From an uncultured bacterium (GTDB lineage Bacteria; Patescibacteriota; Dojkabacteria; SC72): DNA of 64,000 nucleotides. The stretch covers positions 1,057 to 65,056 of the forward strand of contig CAIMEL010000024.1 in NCBI GenBank assembly GCA_903840015.1. Direction: 5' to 3'. Each line of letters starts with the position of its first letter. The first letter of the stretch is position 1. The notes beneath the pieces were generated by a model. The model worked only from the letters and a program-made list of their open reading frames with translations, made no database searches and was not told where the DNA came from. Shown one piece after another: positions 10,440-19,995 of the stretch. Position numbers and translations under genes: made by a program.

Positions 10440-12273
10440 CATATTAGCTCTTACTCTCTCACTCGCTCAAAAAACATCTGCTGCAGAACCATTTCAAATA
10501 TATACCTCTTTTGAACATAAAATAGAGAGCAAAAATATCTCTACGGAGACAATACTTCAAATAAGGTCTGACTCCCCAAGAGTCATCTCATACTACACAG
10601 CATCAATCCCCCAGAAGAATCTTGATATTCTCTGTTACCTTGTCAAAACTAACAAAAGAATCAACTGTACAACATTCCACAGAGGCTCCAATACAGATGT
10701 ATTACTGGAATTAAATAATGCGGTTGTAAAAAAAGATGCTCCATTGGAAGTAATGCTAAGATATAAGATAAGTAATGACAGTAGCAATGCTTTCAATATA
10801 TCCTCGAAAATATTGGATACAACAACAAGCTCTGTTTTAATCCAGTATCCGAAAACAATTGGAGAACCGTTATGGACATCCGATCCACTAAGTAGCATCA
10901 AAGCTGTTAAAGATAGTTATCAAATATTAATTAACAAACCAATCCATCCAACAATATCAATACTCTTTGGAGAGAAAGTAAGTTACAAATTCTCCATATC
11001 TAGAAATTTACAAAATACAACTGAAGAAAATCAAACATTTGAATTAATAGTTCTACCTGACACTAAAGATCAAACAGTCATATGGACAGACATATCTCCT
11101 CTCCCAAACAGTGCAGTATTAGATGAAAATGGTAATTATGTTTTCAAATATATAGTCCCTCCAAGCCAAAGTATGGAATGCAAGATTGATGGGTATATAG
11201 AAAAGATCATTTCGGAGGAGAAAGAGAAAGGAGCTGACCATTTAACCAAACCAACAGGTTACTGGAAAATTGTTAACTCTTCGGAATGGATTAGGGTTCA
11301 AACATATATGAAGAGACATAATCTTAATATCTTGAAAGATTTTGATGATATCGAGAGTTTAAAAACTGAAGAAAAAGAAATATTCTACAAAGCACTCTAC
11401 AAATATGTTGTAGAGAAACTTAATTTCAACAAGAACCTTACCCTCGGTATAGAAACAACTGCTCGATTGGGAGCCAATATTCTTACCGAGTCGGCTTTAG
11501 AATCCGCACCAATCGATTATGCAGATTTCTACATTGCCCTACTCCGTCATTACAAAATCCCAAGTCGAATGGTCATCGGATATGTCTCTGAAATATCAGG
11601 ATATACTGCTGATGGCTTCTACCACTACTGGGTAGAGTATTACGATTCAACTTTGTCAAAATGGATTATAGCTGATCCTTTTCTTTCTGACTATTTGAAT
11701 AAAGATCTATTCAAATCAGATTTCTTCGATCATATAACTGTACTTAAAAGAGGGAAATCAAGTGTATCACCAAATATAACCTTCTACAGTGAAAATGATT
11801 TCAAGGTTGAATTCTCACCAAGTGAAAAAGAGGAAATCTCCTTCTCCCCTACTGCAGAGCTAACATTTGAGAAGCTAAAAAGTACCGATCAATATCTAAA
11901 AGGATATCTTTACATACTAAATAGCGGAAATATTGCAATCAATAGACATTCTTTGGAGAAATCGAACATTGAAAATGTTCGTAAATATATAGACCCAGTT
12001 AATAATATATATTCCAAAATCATTCTTCCAAAACAAAGCGCAACAATACAGTTAAACATACCGTACAACAGTATCCATACATCAAATATTTTCTTAAACA
12101 TAACCCTAGCAAACAACTCCTCTAATCAGAAGAATTTCTTACTAGAACAGAATGTTACAGAAATTTTACCCATATATATTTTAATCATTAGTAAGATTAT
12201 ATCTATTTCCGTTTTTCTAGTTGGTTTCTTTCTGATATACTTCGGTATAAAGAAAATTCGAAAACATGGATAA
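10393..12273 (+). CDS. Secreted/membrane-anchored transglutaminase-like domain protein (catalytic Cys replaced)
   Basis: Signal peptide; DYADFYIALLRHYKIPSRMVIGY, HYWVEYY and WIIADP; C-terminal TM. Exact start uncertain. Confidence 0.8.
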   Translation: MRGLIGYLKKILFLSSILALTLSLAQKTSAAEPFQIYTSFEHKIESKNISTETILQIRSDSPRVISYYTASIPQKNLDILCYLVKTNKRINCTTFHRGSNTDVLLELNNAVVKKDAPLEVMLRYKISNDSSNAFNISSKILDTTTSSVLIQYPKTIGEPLWTSDPLSSIKAVKDSYQILINKPIHPTISILFGEKVSYKFSISRNLQNTTEENQTFELIVLPDTKDQTVIWTDISPLPNSAVLDENGNYVFKYIVPPSQSMECKIDGYIEKIISEEKEKGADHLTKPTGYWKIVNSSEWIRVQTYMKRHNLNILKDFDDIESLKTEEKEIFYKALYKYVVEKLNFNKNLTLGIETTARLGANILTESALESAPIDYADFYIALLRHYKIPSRMVIGYVSEISGYTADGFYHYWVEYYDSTLSKWIIADPFLSDYLNKDLFKSDFFDHITVLKRGKSSVSPNITFYSENDFKVEFSPSEKEEISFSPTAELTFEKLKSTDQYLKGYLYILNSGNIAINRHSLEKSNIENVRKYIDPVNNIYSKIILPKQSATIQLNIPYNSIHTSNIFLNITLANNSSNQKNFLLEQNVTEILPIYILIISKIISISVFLVGFFLIYFGIKKIRKHG

Positions 12274-12682
12274 CTCAGTAATCTTTACAATCATAATCCT
12301 TCTCCTTTTAATAATACTCTTTGTGGCTGTTTCTCTAGGTAACAAGAGGGTTAGTATTACGAAGAAAAAACATATCCTTACAAAACTAGAAGAACTACGA
12401 CTTACATCTTCCAGCCAAGAATCATCTGTTCGAAGAGATTCCATCATAAAATTGGACAATCTACTATCCAAATCTTTACAATACTACTTCAAAAACAGTA
12501 ATCTCTGTGGAGAGAACCTTAAAATTGCATCAAAAATATTCAAGAAGAAAGAATACAACGATCTCTGGGATGTACATAAGATTAGGAACAGGATAGTGCA
12601 TGATGATTACGATATTACTCAGCAAGAGGCTGAAAATGTATACGGTATATATAAGATGAGTATATTAAAAATATTAAAATGA
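12266..12682 (+). CDS. Membrane-anchored small helical protein with HEPN-like RxxxxH motif
   Basis: N-terminal TM followed by ...GENLK...LWDVHKIRNRIVHD. Confidence 0.6.
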   Translation: MDNSVIFTIIILLLLIILFVAVSLGNKRVSITKKKHILTKLEELRLTSSSQESSVRRDSIIKLDNLLSKSLQYYFKNSNLCGENLKIASKIFKKKEYNDLWDVHKIRNRIVHDDYDITQQEAENVYGIYKMSILKILK

Positions 12683-13323
12683 TTAAGAAAATACTTTTTC
12701 TCCTTCTAATACTCTCTCTACAAGCATCTGCAGTATTTGCCACTGGAACAGATCAAGTAGAAGAAGAAAACCCGTTGCCTGTAACAGCCCCTGTTGAAGA
12801 AGAGGAGAAGCAGGTTGTAACTGTTGTGAATGAAAATACTACAACTGTAACAAACAAATATTTTGATTTAACTCTTGTTAAAAAAAGTCAATCTGCTTTT
12901 GGGAAATACGTTCCATACGAACTAAGAATTACACCACATCTAGATTCTCCTAAAACTCAAATTCTCTGGAACAGTCCAAGTACACTGTCCATAACACCAA
13001 GACACAGAGAGTTTCTAGCTATGCGGACAGGGCAAACATATACTGTAAAGGCAAATGTAAAACCGTTGAGACACGGGACATATGACATAACTGTATCTGT
13101 TATTTCCTGGCAATATAATACTAATTATACAAATGCAGCATCAGACACCCTTACATTTGATAAATCCTTGGTATCACAACCTGTTAGTGCAGAATATCAA
13201 ATCGTAAACATACTGAAATATCTTGGAATTTTAATACTGTTTGGGATTCTCTGTTTTGTAGTGATCAAACTTTCTCAGAAGTATTCCAAGAGAATTAAAC
13301 AGTGGTTAACACCACCATTTTAA
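12679..13323 (+). CDS. Secreted, C-terminally anchored protein (beta-rich/Ig-like domain)
   Basis: Signal peptide ending AVFA, acidic linker, GTYDITVSV, C-terminal TM and basic tail. Confidence 0.7.
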   Translation: MIKKILFLLLILSLQASAVFATGTDQVEEENPLPVTAPVEEEEKQVVTVVNENTTTVTNKYFDLTLVKKSQSAFGKYVPYELRITPHLDSPKTQILWNSPSTLSITPRHREFLAMRTGQTYTVKANVKPLRHGTYDITVSVISWQYNTNYTNAASDTLTFDKSLVSQPVSAEYQIVNILKYLGILILFGILCFVVIKLSQKYSKRIKQWLTPPF

Positions 13324-13523
13324 TCTTCCAGAAAATACCCTATTGATTTACCAAGCTCTTTTGCAATTTTTAAAAGGTTGCAAACGGGAGGGTAAACATT
13401 ACCTTTCTCATAAATACTAATAGATTTGTCAGAGAGACCAACCCTTAGGCCTAAATCTTTTTGAGAATATCCTTTCTCTTCTCGGGCAGTTCTTAATCTT
13501 TTTGCAAATATTTTACTATTCAT
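13320..13523 (-). CDS. XRE-family helix-turn-helix regulator
   Basis: RLRTAREEKGYSQKDLG...SISIYEKG...P.....KIAKELG. Confidence 0.9.
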   Translation of the reverse strand: MNSKIFAKRLRTAREEKGYSQKDLGLRVGLSDKSISIYEKGNVYPPVCNLLKIAKELGKSIGYFLED

Positions 13524-14098
13524 AAAGTATTACCAAAAAATAATTTAAGAACCTTGTCTAAAAACGACTCCTTCTTCTCAGGAAAAGATCTGTTTCCTAC
13601 CATATAGTATTGATTCTCAGATACTGCATAGCTCTTCCTGGAATCCTCTAATATCTCTTTGTTTGTAAGATATGGTTGATCTTTTCTTGCTCTTAAGAAC
13701 TCAATAGCTGAATTTTTTTCATTAAGTAATCTCTTTAGTTCTAGATATTCATCACTTTTATCCTTAATATACCCTTTAAGTTTCAAAATACTATTTTCGG
13801 AAAGCTTGTTTCTTTCAAGCAAACTAGGATATTCCAAAGCTTTCTCAATAATCCTCTTATGTTCATCACTCTCAAGAAGTTTCATTACAATCTTACTTTT
13901 ATCTCCTACAGAGTATCTATGGAAAGAAAGCTCTCTAGAGCTTGGTTCTCGACCTAATACTGATAGATAAATCTTTTTAATCTCTTCACTCTTCTCAGAT
14001 GCAGAATCAACAGGAAAGAAGCTTTTGTAAGAACCACCTTTCATATAGTTATCTGTACTATCTCCCTTATCCCATATTGGAACATCAACGTTTTTCAT
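13520..14098 (-). CDS. Hypothetical coiled-coil protein (DUF4214-like segment)
   Basis: IKKIYLSVLGREP...LLESDEH motif and coiled coil; ATGA-coupled to the HTH gene. Confidence 0.65.
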   Translation of the reverse strand: MKNVDVPIWDKGDSTDNYMKGGSYKSFFPVDSASEKSEEIKKIYLSVLGREPSSRELSFHRYSVGDKSKIVMKLLESDEHKRIIEKALEYPSLLERNKLSENSILKLKGYIKDKSDEYLELKRLLNEKNSAIEFLRARKDQPYLTNKEILEDSRKSYAVSENQYYMVGNRSFPEKKESFLDKVLKLFFGNTL

Positions 14099-14156
14099 AT
14101 CAACGATTATATTACAAATTGTGGATAATTTACAGCAGGGGAACCATTACACAAAA

Positions 14157-14233
14157 TGGAGCGGGAGACGGGGCTCGAACCCGCAACCCTCTGTTTGGAA
14201 AACAGATATTCTAACCAATTGAACTACTCCCGC
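14157..14233 (-). tRNA. tRNA-Gly (TCC)
   Basis: GCGGGAGTAGTTCAATTGGTTAGAA...TTTCCAA...GGTTCGAGCCCCGTCTCCCGCTCCA; CCA encoded. Confidence 0.96.
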
Positions 14234-14258
14234 AAGAGTATATATAAATATACAAAGA

Positions 14259-14699
14259 TTACTTACTTTCTTCAACCACTTCTTCTGCCGACTCTTCAAC
14301 TACCTCTTCTTCTCCTGTTACTGGTACTTCAACTTCATCAGTCAAATACACATCTTTAACATTTCCAATCTTAAGAGCTCTTCTACCAACCCTATCTCTT
14401 AAATAGAAAAGTTTTGATTTAGAAACAGTACCTCTCTTAACAACCTCAATCTTGTCTAAAATTGGAGAATGCAATGGAACAATCTTCTCAACACCTACAC
14501 CGTAAGAAATCTTTCTTACAACTAAGTTTGTATTAATACCACTTCCCTTAATAGAGATAACAACTCCTTGAAAAACCTGTATTCTTTCCTTGTTACCTTC
14601 TTTGATTTTGAGATACAATTTTACATTGTCCCCTACCTTAACTTCAGGTCTTTTCTTTAAAAAACCATCCTCTATTGTTTTAAATATACTTTTCTCCAT
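14259..14699 (-). CDS. rplS: 50S ribosomal protein L19
   Basis: GD.V...KIKEGNKERIQVFQG, RKISYGVGVEK and KLFYLRDR; start placed at MEKSIF; acidic C-tail. Confidence 0.97.
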   Translation of the reverse strand: MEKSIFKTIEDGFLKKRPEVKVGDNVKLYLKIKEGNKERIQVFQGVVISIKGSGINTNLVVRKISYGVGVEKIVPLHSPILDKIEVVKRGTVSKSKLFYLRDRVGRRALKIGNVKDVYLTDEVEVPVTGEEEVVEESAEEVVEESK

Positions 14700-14785
14700 G
14701 ACATTAATATTTAATATAATTTGATTAGCAGTTGTGATTATAGAATAAATTTCGAAAATATGCCACAATATACCATCAACTGCCT

Positions 14786-16315
14786 ATGAGACTAAAACAA
14801 AGTGTACTCTTAATAATACTAGATGGACTTGGTACTGCACCAAAGAACGCTGGAAATGCTGTAGTTCTAGCAGATCCAAAGAACCTCTCTAGCTTCTGGA
14901 GTATATTTCCCAAAACATATTTACTGGCCTCGGGTGAATCCGTAGGTTTGCCCAAAAATGTCAAAGGAAATAGCGAAGTTGGCCATCTAAATATTGGAGC
15001 GGGAAGAACGGTAAGTCAAAACCTTCCTAGAATAAACAATGCAATAGCAAAGGGTATGCTTCTCAAAAACAACACTCTCGGAGAAGCATACATTCATGCT
15101 CAGAAATTTGGTAGTAATATTCATTTGATAGGATTACTAAGTGATGGTTCCGTACATTCACATATAGATCATTTTAAAGCCATAATTGATTACCTTTCAA
15201 AAACAAATTTCCCAAACAATGTATACATTCATGCAATCACCGATGGTAGAGATTCTCCTCCCAACAAATCACTTGAATATATTACAGAGATAGATAGATA
15301 TTGTCTTGAACATGGTGTTGGCACCATCGGTACAATCATTGGAAGATACTATGCAATGGACAGGAATAAGAAATGGGATAGAACTCAAAGAGCCTACTAT
15401 CTTTTCGAACAGAACTTCGGAGAGAAATTCCCTTCATATACTACCGCTATAGAAGCACAATACAGTCGTGGTCTTACCGATGAATTCATAGAACCGATTG
15501 TTGTGAATGCCAGCAGAGTACAGGCAAATGATGTTGTTTTGTTCTTAAACTACAGACCAGATCGTTCAATTCAAATCACAGAAACATTCTTAGATCCAAA
15601 TTTCTCCGGTTTTAACAGAAAACCAATTCCCAACCTCTTTGTAGCAAGTATGGTTGAATACAAAAAGAATTTTCCTCAAAAAGTCATATTCCCAAAACAG
15701 TACATGAACTTAACACTTGGAAAAATCATAGAAGCTGCAGGTGGAAGACAATTAAGGATAGCAGAAACAGAGAAATTCCCACATGTAACATACTTTTTCA
15801 ATGGGGGAGTATCAGTTGTTTACAAAAATGAAGACAGAATACTCATACCTTCTCCAAGAGTAGCTACATATGACCTAAAACCAGAAATGAGTGCTTTGGA
15901 AATAACAACAACATTACAAAGAAGAATATCTGCTCAGATATATGACTTCATACTTCTAAATTTTGCAAATATGGATATGGTAGGACATACAGGGAACTTA
16001 GAGGCAGGTATAAAAGCTGTCCAGGTCATAGACAACTGTGTACATGAGCTAGTAAGGTCATTTACAAGCTATGGTGGTGCAGTAATCATAACCTCTGATC
16101 ATGGAAATGTTGAAGAAATGATCAACCTCGATACGAACCAAATAGACACTGAACACTCACTAAACCCTGTACCTTTCATCCTTGCTGGGACTCAAGTACA
16201 ACAGAAAACTCTCCCATACGGATCATTAAAAGATATTGCACCGACAATATTGGAAATAATGGGTATACCAAAACCAAGTGAAATGACAGGGAACTCCCTA
16301 ATTAGACTTGCGTAA
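14786..16315 (+). CDS. gpmI: 2,3-bisphosphoglycerate-independent phosphoglycerate mutase (copy 1)
   Basis: LIILDGLG, GNSEVGH, DGRD, GRYYAMDR, AETEKFPHVTYFFNGG, DMVGHTG and SDHGN. Confidence 0.97.
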   Translation: MRLKQSVLLIILDGLGTAPKNAGNAVVLADPKNLSSFWSIFPKTYLLASGESVGLPKNVKGNSEVGHLNIGAGRTVSQNLPRINNAIAKGMLLKNNTLGEAYIHAQKFGSNIHLIGLLSDGSVHSHIDHFKAIIDYLSKTNFPNNVYIHAITDGRDSPPNKSLEYITEIDRYCLEHGVGTIGTIIGRYYAMDRNKKWDRTQRAYYLFEQNFGEKFPSYTTAIEAQYSRGLTDEFIEPIVVNASRVQANDVVLFLNYRPDRSIQITETFLDPNFSGFNRKPIPNLFVASMVEYKKNFPQKVIFPKQYMNLTLGKIIEAAGGRQLRIAETEKFPHVTYFFNGGVSVVYKNEDRILIPSPRVATYDLKPEMSALEITTTLQRRISAQIYDFILLNFANMDMVGHTGNLEAGIKAVQVIDNCVHELVRSFTSYGGAVIITSDHGNVEEMINLDTNQIDTEHSLNPVPFILAGTQVQQKTLPYGSLKDIAPTILEIMGIPKPSEMTGNSLIRLA

Positions 16316-16921
16316 AACTTTTCGACTATTCCAACCGATATACACAGCGACAACAACAAGAAGCAATATCAATATCACATTCTCATATCTCTCTACATAT
16401 ACCGAAACCATATCCCACCTATCTCCGAGAAAGAAACCTGCACTTGCAAGAATACTAGACCATATACCAGCACCAACAAGAGTATAGATTGAGAATTGAG
16501 CAAAGTTCATTCTTGCAACACCCGCAGGGAAAGATATGACTGTGCGAACAATTGGAATCAACCTTCCAAAGAAAACAATCCCTCCACCATACTTCTCAAA
16601 CGCATCAAACCCTTTCTGTAGATCATCTTGGGATATAAAAAGATATTTTCCATATTTCTTTAGAAATTCCATAACAAATTCATTTCCCCACCTTCCAATA
16701 AAATAGAAAGGAAGTGTACCCAAATATGCAGCTACTGTTGCCACAACAATAACAATATATATATTCAAACTGCCTCCAAATGCTACAAATCCAGAGAATG
16801 GCAATATTATCTCACTTGGTATCGGTGCAAAAAAACTCTCAATAAACATAGCTATGGCAACACCAGGATAACCAATAACCTCAATCAAATTTACTAACCA
16901 ATCAATAACAGAAGAAATCAT
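16298..16921 (-). CDS. DedA family membrane protein
   Basis: ESFFAPIPSEIILPFSGF and FFGRLIPIVRTVISFPAG. Confidence 0.93.
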   Translation of the reverse strand: MISSVIDWLVNLIEVIGYPGVAIAMFIESFFAPIPSEIILPFSGFVAFGGSLNIYIVIVVATVAAYLGTLPFYFIGRWGNEFVMEFLKKYGKYLFISQDDLQKGFDAFEKYGGGIVFFGRLIPIVRTVISFPAGVARMNFAQFSIYTLVGAGIWSSILASAGFFLGDRWDMVSVYVERYENVILILLLVVVAVYIGWNSRKVLRKSN

Positions 16922-16938
16922 AATCCATATCTTTCATA

Positions 16939-17490
16939 TTAAATAGATGAGTCAAGATGCAAAACCAAACTATTACCCACCTCTACACCATTCGTCTGAC
17001 AAAAATTTGCATTAACCTCTAACACATACTTAAACATACTCTTAGAATTAATACCTGGACAGTAATTAGCAGTACATGGTTCTTGAGCTTCCTTAATATC
17101 AACAATATACCCATCAGTATCAACAAAAAGAATATCCAATGGAATATACATATCCTTCATCCAAAAAGCAGAGTTTACCTTCTCATCAAATATGAACAAC
17201 ATACCATCATAATCACCCAAATACTTTCTGTTTGACAAACCCATTCTCCTTGAAACATCATCATCTGCAACCTCTACATTAACCTTAATACTCTCCCCTC
17301 CCTTTTTGTAAATCTCAACATAACTCACAAGCTCTTCCTCATCTTCATTCTCCTCAACCTCTTGCTCAGTCTTCTCTTCTGCATTCTTGTCAACCAAAGC
17401 AATATCAAAAAGCTTGAATCTGTCCTGCAAAAACAGAAAGATACCTGCCATCATTCCAAGATATATCAATAATTTCAATTGATTATTCAT
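16939..17490 (-). CDS. DUF192 family protein with N-terminal anchor
   Basis: VEVAD....RRMGLS, GMLFIF, FWMKDMYIPLDILF and YVLEVNA. Confidence 0.9.
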   Translation of the reverse strand: MNNQLKLLIYLGMMAGIFLFLQDRFKLFDIALVDKNAEEKTEQEVEENEDEEELVSYVEIYKKGGESIKVNVEVADDDVSRRMGLSNRKYLGDYDGMLFIFDEKVNSAFWMKDMYIPLDILFVDTDGYIVDIKEAQEPCTANYCPGINSKSMFKYVLEVNANFCQTNGVEVGNSLVLHLDSSI

Positions 17491-17496
17491 ACCTAC

Positions 17497-17566
17497 ATAA
17501 TATATGTATACAGCAATAGTATCAATACTAAAAAGTATTGACTACTCTACACATTTCATATATCCT
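17497..17566. promoter_or_regulatory. Back-to-back divergent sigma70-type promoters sharing an inverted repeat
   Basis: Plus strand TTGACT(17538-43)-N17-TATCCT; minus strand TTGATA(17525-20)-N17-TATTAT; TCAATACT-AAAA-AGTATTGA palindrome at 17522-17541. Confidence 0.55.
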
Positions 17567-17599
17567 TACTCTTTGTAACATCACGCCTCAAAACAAATT

Positions 17600-19828
17600 A
17601 TGCAAAGCTTCAAAAAGTATTTAAATCCTTTGTACAAGGATCTGGAGCAAATTGCAGACTTTTCAAATATTACCAATGAAAATACACTCATAGGGGATGA
17701 ATATCCACATCTCGAGAAAGTAACTAAGATCAATTTAAAGAAATTACACTTTCTACTTCCCAAATTAGACAAACTAGAAAAAGAACTTGAAGAACAAATA
17801 TTTCTCATTGATACTGAAAGTGATCTTGATGCAAAAAAGGAAGCCAAATCAATCTACAACAAAATATTGGTTGAAATTGAAATACTCGTGCAAAGAATAA
17901 ATAATGAACTAATAGCTCTTGACTCTCCATACTTTGGAAAAATCATATTCAATCCATCAGATTCAAGAACAGGCAAACCAATAATCATGTATATTGGGAA
18001 ATTTGCATTACTAGATAATGATACACACATTCCACTAATAACAGACTGGAGATCCCCGATAGCAAATCTCTACTACCAAAACTCTGGACCTAAGAAAAAT
18101 GTTTCCTTTGAAGCTCCTGTTGGAATTAGACAAGGAGACTTAGAACAGAAAAGACAGTTTCAGATATCCAGAGCACGAATAAATGGAATATATGATGCAA
18201 AATCAGGAAATGTAGCAGCAGATGAATTTCTTCTCTCGCAACTTAATCAAAGACTTGGTAAAAAACTTCAAGATATTGTTTCTACAATACAAACTCAACA
18301 AAACGATATCATTAGAGAGCAGCTTTACAAACCAGTACTAATACAGGGTGTTGCGGGTAGTGGTAAAACAACAATTCTTCTACATAGATTGGCATACCTC
18401 TTCTACACCTACAAAAATGAAATACGTGCAGAGAATTCCCTAATCATAGCTCCAAATCAAATGTTCATAGACTATGTCTCTGACGTATTACCAAGTTTAG
18501 GAATACATTCTGTTGATACTCAAACATATCTGTTCTGGGGCAAGAAGATTTTAGGTTGGGATAGATACTACACAGTATCTGCAGAAAAAGAAGATTTGGA
18601 TATCAAGCAGTTTAAAGGTTCCATAAAGTTCTTGAAAATTTTAGACACCTACTTCAATGATTTTGAAGCTACGCTTTTAGCAAATATACCCTACTCCAGA
18701 AAAGACATAATTGAGAAAAGATATCTAGAACTAAAAGCACAGTTTTCGAATATTGACATGTACGAGAGAGTTGATTTAGCCATAGAGTATGCATTTGCAC
18801 AGAAACAGTTTAAACAGGTTAGGACTGGAACATTAGATAGGAACTATGAGTATGACCAAAACAAGAAGAGGGAAATACTTACTTACTTCAAGAACAGTTG
18901 TAATATATATTCTCTCTACAAAAATCTCTTTAAAACAGATCTTGTATCAAAAGATACAGCTAAATATACACTGAGTGGATTAACACAAAAAGGTAGACTA
19001 CATACATACAGGGTGGAAGATCTTGCCCCTATGGTATATCTACATCAGAAAATGTTTGGAACAAAGAATATTGAAAGAGAGTATGTGATGATTGATGAAG
19101 CCCAAGATATGAGTTATGTGCAATTGAATACACTTCTGAAGATAGCTAAGAATGGGAATATGACGATAGCGGGAGATTTAGCACAATCCATAATTCCTCC
19201 ATTCTACATAGATGATTGGGATGTTTTGATTAAGATGATTAAGAATGTTTTGCAGAAAGATACCCAATACTATCAATTGAACAGATGTTACAGAACTACT
19301 ATTGAGATTGTTGATTTTGCAAACAATATTTTTAAAGAAAGATTTCCTAAATCATACAAATTACCAGAGGCAGTTCTTAGACATGGAGATGATGTTAAGG
19401 TTTTGGAATATGATACGGATGTTGTTAATTTGAAAAAAGAGGATATTAAGGAATTGGTATTGATTATGAAAGAGCAGTTTACAAAGGGTGCAGTTACATG
19501 TGCATTGCTTTGTAGAGATCGTAATCATGCAGATAGGTTGTTTACACTGTTTAAAGAGTATGAGGATGTTATAGATAGGAGAGTTATTAGTTATGATGAG
19601 AATGATTATCATAGTGGATTGCTTGTATTACCTATTGAGAATGCAAAAGGATTGGAATTTGATACAGTTATTTTTGCAGATTTGAATTCTAAATATTATG
19701 GAGAGGATTTACTTAGTATTAAACTTTTGTATGTAGGTATTACAAGAGCTTTACATAGGGTATTTGTTGTTAGTAAGAAGGGGGATAAACAGACCATGCT
19801 TCTAAAAGATTTGACAAGAACAAATTAG
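17600..19828 (+). CDS. helD: HelD-like superfamily 1 (UvrD/Rep-type) RNA-polymerase-recycling ATPase
   Basis: SPYFGKI, DWRSPIANLYY, DIVSTIQ.QQ, QGVAGSGKTT..LHR.AYL, IDEAQD, YRTT.EI, KGLEFD and YV..TRA. Confidence 0.85.
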   Translation: MQSFKKYLNPLYKDLEQIADFSNITNENTLIGDEYPHLEKVTKINLKKLHFLLPKLDKLEKELEEQIFLIDTESDLDAKKEAKSIYNKILVEIEILVQRINNELIALDSPYFGKIIFNPSDSRTGKPIIMYIGKFALLDNDTHIPLITDWRSPIANLYYQNSGPKKNVSFEAPVGIRQGDLEQKRQFQISRARINGIYDAKSGNVAADEFLLSQLNQRLGKKLQDIVSTIQTQQNDIIREQLYKPVLIQGVAGSGKTTILLHRLAYLFYTYKNEIRAENSLIIAPNQMFIDYVSDVLPSLGIHSVDTQTYLFWGKKILGWDRYYTVSAEKEDLDIKQFKGSIKFLKILDTYFNDFEATLLANIPYSRKDIIEKRYLELKAQFSNIDMYERVDLAIEYAFAQKQFKQVRTGTLDRNYEYDQNKKREILTYFKNSCNIYSLYKNLFKTDLVSKDTAKYTLSGLTQKGRLHTYRVEDLAPMVYLHQKMFGTKNIEREYVMIDEAQDMSYVQLNTLLKIAKNGNMTIAGDLAQSIIPPFYIDDWDVLIKMIKNVLQKDTQYYQLNRCYRTTIEIVDFANNIFKERFPKSYKLPEAVLRHGDDVKVLEYDTDVVNLKKEDIKELVLIMKEQFTKGAVTCALLCRDRNHADRLFTLFKEYEDVIDRRVISYDENDYHSGLLVLPIENAKGLEFDTVIFADLNSKYYGEDLLSIKLLYVGITRALHRVFVVSKKGDKQTMLLKDLTRTN

Positions 19829-19840
19829 AAAATATACATT
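19811..19840 (+). promoter_or_regulatory. Putative promoter of the tasA-like operon
   Basis: TTGACA (19811-16), 18-nt spacer, TACATT (19835-40). Confidence 0.5.
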
Positions 19841-19847
19841 AATAAAA

Positions 19848-19902
19848 ATGTAGGAGATCTTTAACACATATCCTACATGGCCATTTATTACGAATATGTG
19901 TT
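19848..19902 (+). ncRNA. Candidate structured 5' leader (H-type pseudoknot)
   Basis: ATGTAGGA(19848-55) pairs with TCCTACAT(19871-78), and AACACATA(19863-70) pairs with TATGTGTT(19895-902). Confidence 0.4.
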
Positions 19903-19995
19903 GTCCGGAACGAACCTGTACAAAAGTTCTTTTGCTTTCCGGATTGGATAATTTTTTCCAATTCATAATTATATAAATTATTATAATTATCTAAG

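Noticed and set aside
13320-14098. XRE-HTH pair next to a tRNA as a prophage remnant or toxin-antitoxin module
   Set aside because: No integrase, att repeat or recognisable toxin motif; composition matches the backbone.
14120-14128. Perfect DnaA box (TGTGGATAA) suggesting oriC
   Set aside because: Single box in a short intergenic gap; no cluster of boxes and no dnaA/dnaN nearby.
13999-14359. ORFs overlapping tRNA-Gly (similarly 34192 and 44551, and the 5' extension of ftsQ to 44541)
   Set aside because: They are translations of tRNA sequence; the real starts lie outside the tRNAs or the ORFs are spurious.
17489-17516. dif-like sequence (minus strand ...CATATA-TTATGTAGGTA)
   Set aside because: Only TTATGT of the XerD arm matches, the XerC arm is poor, and the bases are explained as the -10 of the DUF192 gene.
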